Assembly: GCA_012862495.1 (NCBI GenBank)
Contig: BLSG01000162.1
Location: forward strand, 115,789-179,788
Reading direction: 5' to 3'
Length of the DNA stretch: 64,000 nucleotides
From: Thraustochytrium aureum
Lineage: Eukaryota
Numbering within the stretch: position 1 is the first letter of the stretch; each line of letters opens with the position of its first letter. The notes below the pieces were generated by a model that ran no database searches, was not told the DNA's origin, and saw only the letters and a list, made by a program, of their open reading frames with translations. The position numbers and the translations under genes were made by a program. Positions 58,675 to 64,000 of the stretch are shown here, one piece after another.

Positions 58675-60033
58675 ATGTCGGGCATTCCGACGCGGCTCAG
58701 GTCGCTGCTCAGACACGTATCGTCGCCCAGGGCAAGCAAAGGAGCCAAGAAGATGNNNNNNNNNNNNNNNNNNNNNNNNNNNNNNNNNNNNNNNNNNNNN
58801 NNNNNNNNNNNNNNNNNNNNNNNNNNNNNNNNNNNNNNNNNNNNNNNNNNNNNNNNNNNNNNNNNNNNNNNNNNNNNNNNNNNNNNNNNNNNNNNNNNNN
58901 NNNNNNNNNNCGAGTGGTACACCGAGCACGGGTTTGACCTGCTGCTGTCCACCAAGGCCACAGGGATCGACCTTGCCAGCAAGACCCTCAAGGTCGCTGG
59001 CGCCGACGGCGAGCGCACGATCTCGTTCGGCAAGCTGGTCATGGCGACGGGCGCCAGCGCGCTGAGCCCCGGCGACATCAAGATGAACAACGCGGGGCTG
59101 GGCAACGTGTTCACCATCCGCGAAGAGCACGACGCCCTCGAGATGGTCAACGCCCTCGAGAGCATGCAGGGCGGCGACGACGAGCGCAACATCGTGATCG
59201 TCGGCGGCGGCTACATTGGCATGGAGGCCGCGGCAGCGCTCTCTGGATGGGGCTTCACCGTGACGATGGTCTACCCCGAGGATTCGCTCATGAAGCGGCT
59301 GTTTCCCGCCGCCATCGCCGAGGTGTTTGAGGCTGTGTTCAGGGCGCGCGGGATCAAGACGGTCAGCAACGCGCGTGTGACCGGGATGGTTCCCAGCGAC
59401 GCAGACAAGACCAAGGTGGGCGGAGTGGCCCTTGGGTCGGGGGAGACGCTCCCGGCGGACGCTGTGGTGTTCGGCGTTGGGGCTCGCCCCAATGTGCAGC
59501 TCGCAGAGGGCACAGACCTTGCAAAAGGCGAGGGCCGCGTCGGCGGCCTGGCCGTGAACGGGGACTTTCAGACCTCGAACCAGGACGTGTACGCAATCGG
59601 CGACATCGCGGCGCTCGACGGCAAGCAGCGGTTTGAGCACGTCGACTTTTGCCGCAAGTCTGCGGCCCGCGCGGCCACCGCGTTGGCGTCGGGCAAGTCG
59701 CAGGGCAGCTTTGACTACCTGCCCTACTTTTACTCGCGCCTGTTCGAGTACACGAGCGCTCCGCTCGTGTTCCAGTTTTACGGAGACAGCGACCTGTCCG
59801 AGGGCCAAGAGGTTGAGACCTTCGGCCCACTGGAGGCGGCAGCCCGGGCCGGCGCGTCCGAGTCTGTCCCCGCCTTTGGGGCCGCGTGGCTAGGAAGCGG
59901 CCGCAAGATCCGCGGCGCGATGCTGTGCAACGCGACGCCAGAGCAATACCAACGCCTGAAGGAGTCTGTTGAGTCGGGGGCCGAGCTTTCGGAGGCGTTC
60001 GTGGCCGACTTGCTGAGCGAAAGTGACGAGTAA
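58675..60033 (+). CDS. Monodehydroascorbate reductase (MDAR)-like FAD/NADH oxidoreductase (gap at 58756-58910)
   Basis: LVMATGA, IVGGGYIGMEAAA, VYAIGDIA, EHVDFCRKSA, DYLPYFYSRLFEY...FQFYGD. Confidence 0.88.
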   Translation: MSGIPTRLRSLLRHVSSPRASKGAKKMXXXXXXXXXXXXXXXXXXXXXXXXXXXXXXXXXXXXXXXXXXXXXXXXXXXXEWYTEHGFDLLLSTKATGIDLASKTLKVAGADGERTISFGKLVMATGASALSPGDIKMNNAGLGNVFTIREEHDALEMVNALESMQGGDDERNIVIVGGGYIGMEAAAALSGWGFTVTMVYPEDSLMKRLFPAAIAEVFEAVFRARGIKTVSNARVTGMVPSDADKTKVGGVALGSGETLPADAVVFGVGARPNVQLAEGTDLAKGEGRVGGLAVNGDFQTSNQDVYAIGDIAALDGKQRFEHVDFCRKSAARAATALASGKSQGSFDYLPYFYSRLFEYTSAPLVFQFYGDSDLSEGQEVETFGPLEAAARAGASESVPAFGAAWLGSGRKIRGAMLCNATPEQYQRLKESVESGAELSEAFVADLLSESDE

Positions 60034-60156
60034 GTAGACGGCCCAGCGCTGCTCCGCGGCCCTCTGAGCTCTAGAGTAGAGCGCGCGCGGGGGCGGGAAC
60101 GAAATAAAGGTTGGACTTTCACTTGGCTTCTCGCACGGCCACACACATTACGCTAC

Positions 60157-61468
60157 CTACATCATCCCAGCTTCTACCGCTGCGTCGGTGTCAATCTGGC
60201 CGGCGTCCTCTTCCTCCTCGTCCTCGGGATCGTCCAGACCCGGGTCGCGGGGCTCGAGGTCCTCGCCGTACTGCGTTGCCGTGTCCACCTGGTGCAGCAC
60301 AAACTCGACGCTGTCCTCGCTCGTTATGTCAAGTGGCAAAAAGTGCACCAGGTTGTAGTTCTCCAGCACTGTGCAAATCGACTCTGAGAGCGCCTTGAAG
60401 CGCGCCGAGCCCGCCTGCTCGTGGATTCCGGCCCTCAGCGAGATCTCGTCCGGGTTGAAGAACTCGGGGTCCTGGATGCTGAGATACTGCGTCTCGTCGT
60501 CTTGGTCACCGAGGTCGGCAGCCGCCGCCTCAGCAGCCGCTCCCTCGCCGTCCTCAAGGTCATCGTCGCCATCCGCGCCCGCCAGAGCGAGCTCCTCGGC
60601 CTTTTGGAGGGCGTCCAGGCGACCGCTCACGCTGTGCTCCGCCAAAAAGGCCGAGTAGGCCTGGATGCGCTCGGCGTCGTGCGGGGCCTTGCGGCGGCGC
60701 CCGCCGAGCGCCGTGTTCTTTTTGATGTCGCACTTTGTGATCACGTTGACGGCTGCGGCCTGCAGCTGCATCATCGACGTCAGCGAGAGGAGCGCGCCGG
60801 AGATGTACTTTGCAGTGTCGTCGATGAACAGCGCATCGATGACGTGCACCACGCACACGTTGATATTCCAGGACTTGAGGCGGTCGATCACGGTCCGCAG
60901 CACGGGTATGTGCGTGTAGAGCTCGATCTGACCGGGACAGTCAAATATAAAGTACTCGTCGTCGCCTCCGCCTATTTCGTCGAGGCCCTCCTGGAGCCAC
61001 TCGAGGTTGTCCACGAGGTGCTCCATGCAAAACACGAGCGCCCCGTTCGGTCCAAACTCGAGCTCTTCCACGACGTCGGCGACGCTGACGAGGTCGCGCA
61101 CGTCCAGGTCAAAGGGGAACTGCTTTTCCATCTCCTCGGAGCGCTCCTGGCCAGGGTCGAGGTTGACCACCTTGGGCTGCAGCCTGTTCTTGTTGGCCAG
61201 CATGTGGTTTTGCATGGTGAAGCAGTACGTCGACTTGCCGGACCCTGCCGGGCCCACCACAAACTGCGCATATCGCCCCTAGGTCGGTTACCCGCCGCCG
61301 CGGCCGCTCCGTCAGCCCGTCGCCCTTCGCGAGCGCCATTTCCAGCAAGATCGCCATTGTGCCGAGGCCAAGTCCGCGCCGCTCCGGCGAGCCCCGTTGA
61401 CGCCAAGCCAGCGCACGGCCGCCTCAAGCCCAACCGCCATCGCCATCGCCGCTGCTGTGACTTACCAT
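60157..61468 (-). CDS. GPN3: GPN-loop GTPase 3; exon 1 is ATG only (61466-61468), exon 2 is 60157-61278
   Basis: (M)GRYAQFVVGPAGSGKSTYC, VNLDP, FGPNGALVFCME, FDCPGQIELYTH, QYGEDLEP; ATG|GTAAGT donor and TAG acceptor. Confidence 0.9.
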
Positions 61469-61979
61469 GTTTCGCGCCTCGTTGCTCTGCAGGAAGGTGT
61501 CTGCGCGCGAACGTGGAGGTGCCCGAAGTGGTTGGACGCACATTTTTCCACTTGAAGTCGCGTGNNNNNNNNNNNNNNNNNNNNNNNNNNNNNNNNNNNN
61601 NNNNNNNNNNNNNNNNNNNNNNNNNNNNNNNNNNNNNNNNNNNNNNNNNNNNNNNNNNNNNNNNNNNNNNNNNNNNNNNNNNNNNNNNNNNNNNNNNNNN
61701 NNNNNNNNNNNNNNNNNNNNNNNNNNNNNNNNNNNNNNNNNNNNNNNNNNNNNNNNNNNNNNNNNNNNNNNNNNNNNNNNNNNNNNNNNNNNNNNNNNNN
61801 NNNNNNNNNNNNNNNNNNNNNNNNNNNNNNNNNNNNNNNNNNNNNNNNNNNNNNNNNNNNNNNNNNNNNNNNNNNNNNNNNNNNNNNNNNNNNNNNNNNN
61901 NNNNNNNNNNNNNNNNNNNNNNNNNNNNNNNNNNNNNNNNNNNNNNNNNNNNNNNNNNNNNNNNNNNNNNNNNNNNNNN

Positions 61980-62762
61980 GCAAGGCGGCCTGAAGCTGTG
62001 CGTCCTCGTCCGGATCCTGCGTGTGGAGGCTGACGCGCTGCGGGTCGGGCTCGACGTTGACGTCGTCCACGCCGAGCACGTACCAGTCCTGGCGTCGGCC
62101 GATGTTGAAGTCCTGCAGGGGCACCGGGAGGTCGCCGCGCACGACAAAGATCGAGTAGCCCTCCTCGCGCAGCTGGCCCAGGTATGCCGACAGGTAAAAC
62201 AGCGAAATCCGCTCGGGTCGCTTCTTCAGCGAGTTGAGATTGTAGACCTCGCCGCGGATACTGCGGATAGCAAACCAGTGGTTGGCCAGGTTGCACACAA
62301 AGGCCACGTCAGAGCCCTCGAGGGAGGCGTCCTCACGGCTCAGCTCGTCCAGGATCTCGGTCAATACGCGCGTGTCCTGAACGAGGCTTAGAGAATGGCT
62401 CCGCTTGAGCGCCGTGGCGAGGACCTGGATGGAGAAATTGCCGGCGTCGTCCACGTTGTTGGATCCGTGGCCGGTCGATTCTGCGCCAGCGCCACGGTCA
62501 GCTCCCGCGCACCGCGCCGCACGCGAGCGCTCGGCCGGCAGGAAGCCTACTTACCGTCTCCGCAGAGCTCCTTCTCCGCCTTGTCCAGTTCGTGCGCGAT
62601 CGTGGCAAGGTCATCTGGCTGAAAGTATGGCGCCTGCAGCAGGTTGTTCAGGCAGTGCTGCCCGCACATGCTGCCGTACTGCTTTTCATGGTAGATGCAG
62701 CCCGTCGCTCGCCGCTCGAGGTCGTCCGCGTCGACGGCGTTCGCCGGGGCAAACGCAGCCAT
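61980..62762 (-). CDS. ATXN3: Ataxin-3 / Josephin deubiquitinase with UIM; intron 62481-62554; 3' end in gap
   Basis: IYHEKQYGSMCGQHCLNNLLQAPYF, NVDDAGNFSIQVL, HWFAIRSI, YNLNSL, GYSIFVVRGDLP, UIM DEDAQLQAAL; GTAAGT...GCTGAC...CAG intron. Confidence 0.93.
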
Positions 62763-63520
62763 CCTCGCTGCAGCCCGCCCACCGCCGCCTGGAAAGGACC
62801 GGCGTGGGCGCCCACGAGCCCTGGCGCAACTGCTGGAGCTTTCCTTTGCCCTTGTGCGCCCAGCTGCCCCTCGTGCGGTCAAACCGGGCGTGGCGGGCCT
62901 CTGGAGGCTGGCTTCGTTTCGACTTTGTGCGAGCTGCACATCAGGAACATGTTCGAAGCTGGCATTCGCGGTGTTCGTTTCCAGGGTCGCCCGCGTTGAC
63001 GGCCAGGCGCCCGCGCGCGTCCGCGTGCGCCTGGCCGCGACCGCTGGCTCGTGGAGGTCTCTGTTGGGGCACTCTCGAATGGACGGACGGACGAGCGCAA
63101 GCGAGCAAGGCAGGTACCGAGTATGTAAGTAGGTGCCAGTCCTGGCATCGGCGCCAACGCCGACCGAACGCCGTGGACGCCACCATGCCCGCGCCATCAA
63201 GCCACGCGGCCGACGCGGCAAAGAGCGCCTGCATGCGCAAGTCGTGCGCGACGAGATGAGGCAGGCATCCCGATGAGTAGAGGAGTACCACTCCTGCGTC
63301 TTGGGACAGCACTGCCTGTTGTTGGACTTCGACAGAAGAAGAAGAGCGCGCCAATGCAAGCCAAAGCAAACAGGGCGCGAAACCCGAGCACGAGCACTTG
63401 CTCTACTGGCCGCTCCGACGCCCGGCCAGCCGCAGCCCTGCCCTCAGGGATGATGGTCGCACGCAGATGCAGCATCGCCCCAACACCATGCACCATGCAA
63501 CATCGGCCCAACACCATGCA

Positions 63521-63613
63521 TGAGGAAGACTTCCTTGCTCCTCGCCATGCCTGAGGAAGACTTCCTTGCTCCTCGCCATGCCTGAGGAAGACTTCCTTGC
63601 TCCTCGCCATGCC
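63521..63613. repeat. 31-bp tandem repeat x3 (TGAGGAAGACTTCCTTGCTCCTCGCCATGCC)
   Basis: Units start at 63521, 63552 and 63583; each has the internal dyad AGGAAG-A-CTTCCT. Confidence 0.9.
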
Positions 63614-64000
63614 CCTGGGCCACTTTTTGCTGACGGGTGACCTTTTTCGACGCGCTCTGGATCAAGAAGCCGTCGTCGACTCTCCTCGCCGCGTTTGACT
63701 CGGCCTGCCCGGCCCGGCCCGCTCGACAGTCTCACCACTCATCGTCGGATCGAGGCCAGGACCGTATGGGTGGGTGGGGCCGAGCCCAAGTCCACCCGGC
63801 CTCCAACGTGCCACAGATGGATGAACCGCAGACGTTCACGATCATCAGCCCTCCACCCACCAGGCATGAAGGACACCGTTGGCAACCGAGCGAGCCAGTT
63901 GCTCGCCACATCCTTGCTAACAGCAAGAGCCTGCGCTCGACCCGTCCGGTTTGCCGCCGTGCCGGCGATCCGGCGGCCGTGGACGCACGCCAAGCGCTGG

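Noticed and set aside
63521..63613. CRISPR-like repeat length with internal dyad
   Set aside because: No spacers, eukaryotic context, no cas genes; a simple tandem repeat.

Overview
GC-rich, gene-dense, intron-poor eukaryotic scaffold with many N gaps and frequent single-base frameshifts, mostly in short homopolymer runs, which look like assembly errors. Gene content and style suggest a protist, possibly a stramenopile such as a thraustochytrid (inference only). Recognisable genes: cactin, sterol desaturase/ERG25-like, bifunctional enoyl-CoA hydratase/3-hydroxyacyl-CoA dehydrogenase, flavin amine oxidase, 7TM-RGS, BRCT-PolX, ankyrin proteins, CRAL-TRIO, RPS7, bZIP, GT31 galactosyltransferase, P4-ATPase, DPH1, arylamine N-acetyltransferase, CENP-X, ceramide synthase, USP7-like, MDAR, GPN3 and ataxin-3. 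Three observations stand out. (1) At about 19.0-23.4 kb, a piggyBac-like DDD transposase carries a YqaJ/lambda-exonuclease (PD-(D/E)xK) domain inserted between its 2nd and 3rd catalytic Asp, and is flanked by a repeated 17-bp motif. (2) A bZIP gene has two IRE1-type CNG|CAG stem-loops bounding a self-folding 80-nt non-spliceosomal intron, whose removal would delete a hydrophobic C-terminus, as in HAC1/XBP1/bZIP60. (3) The family-X polymerase lacks its catalytic aspartates.
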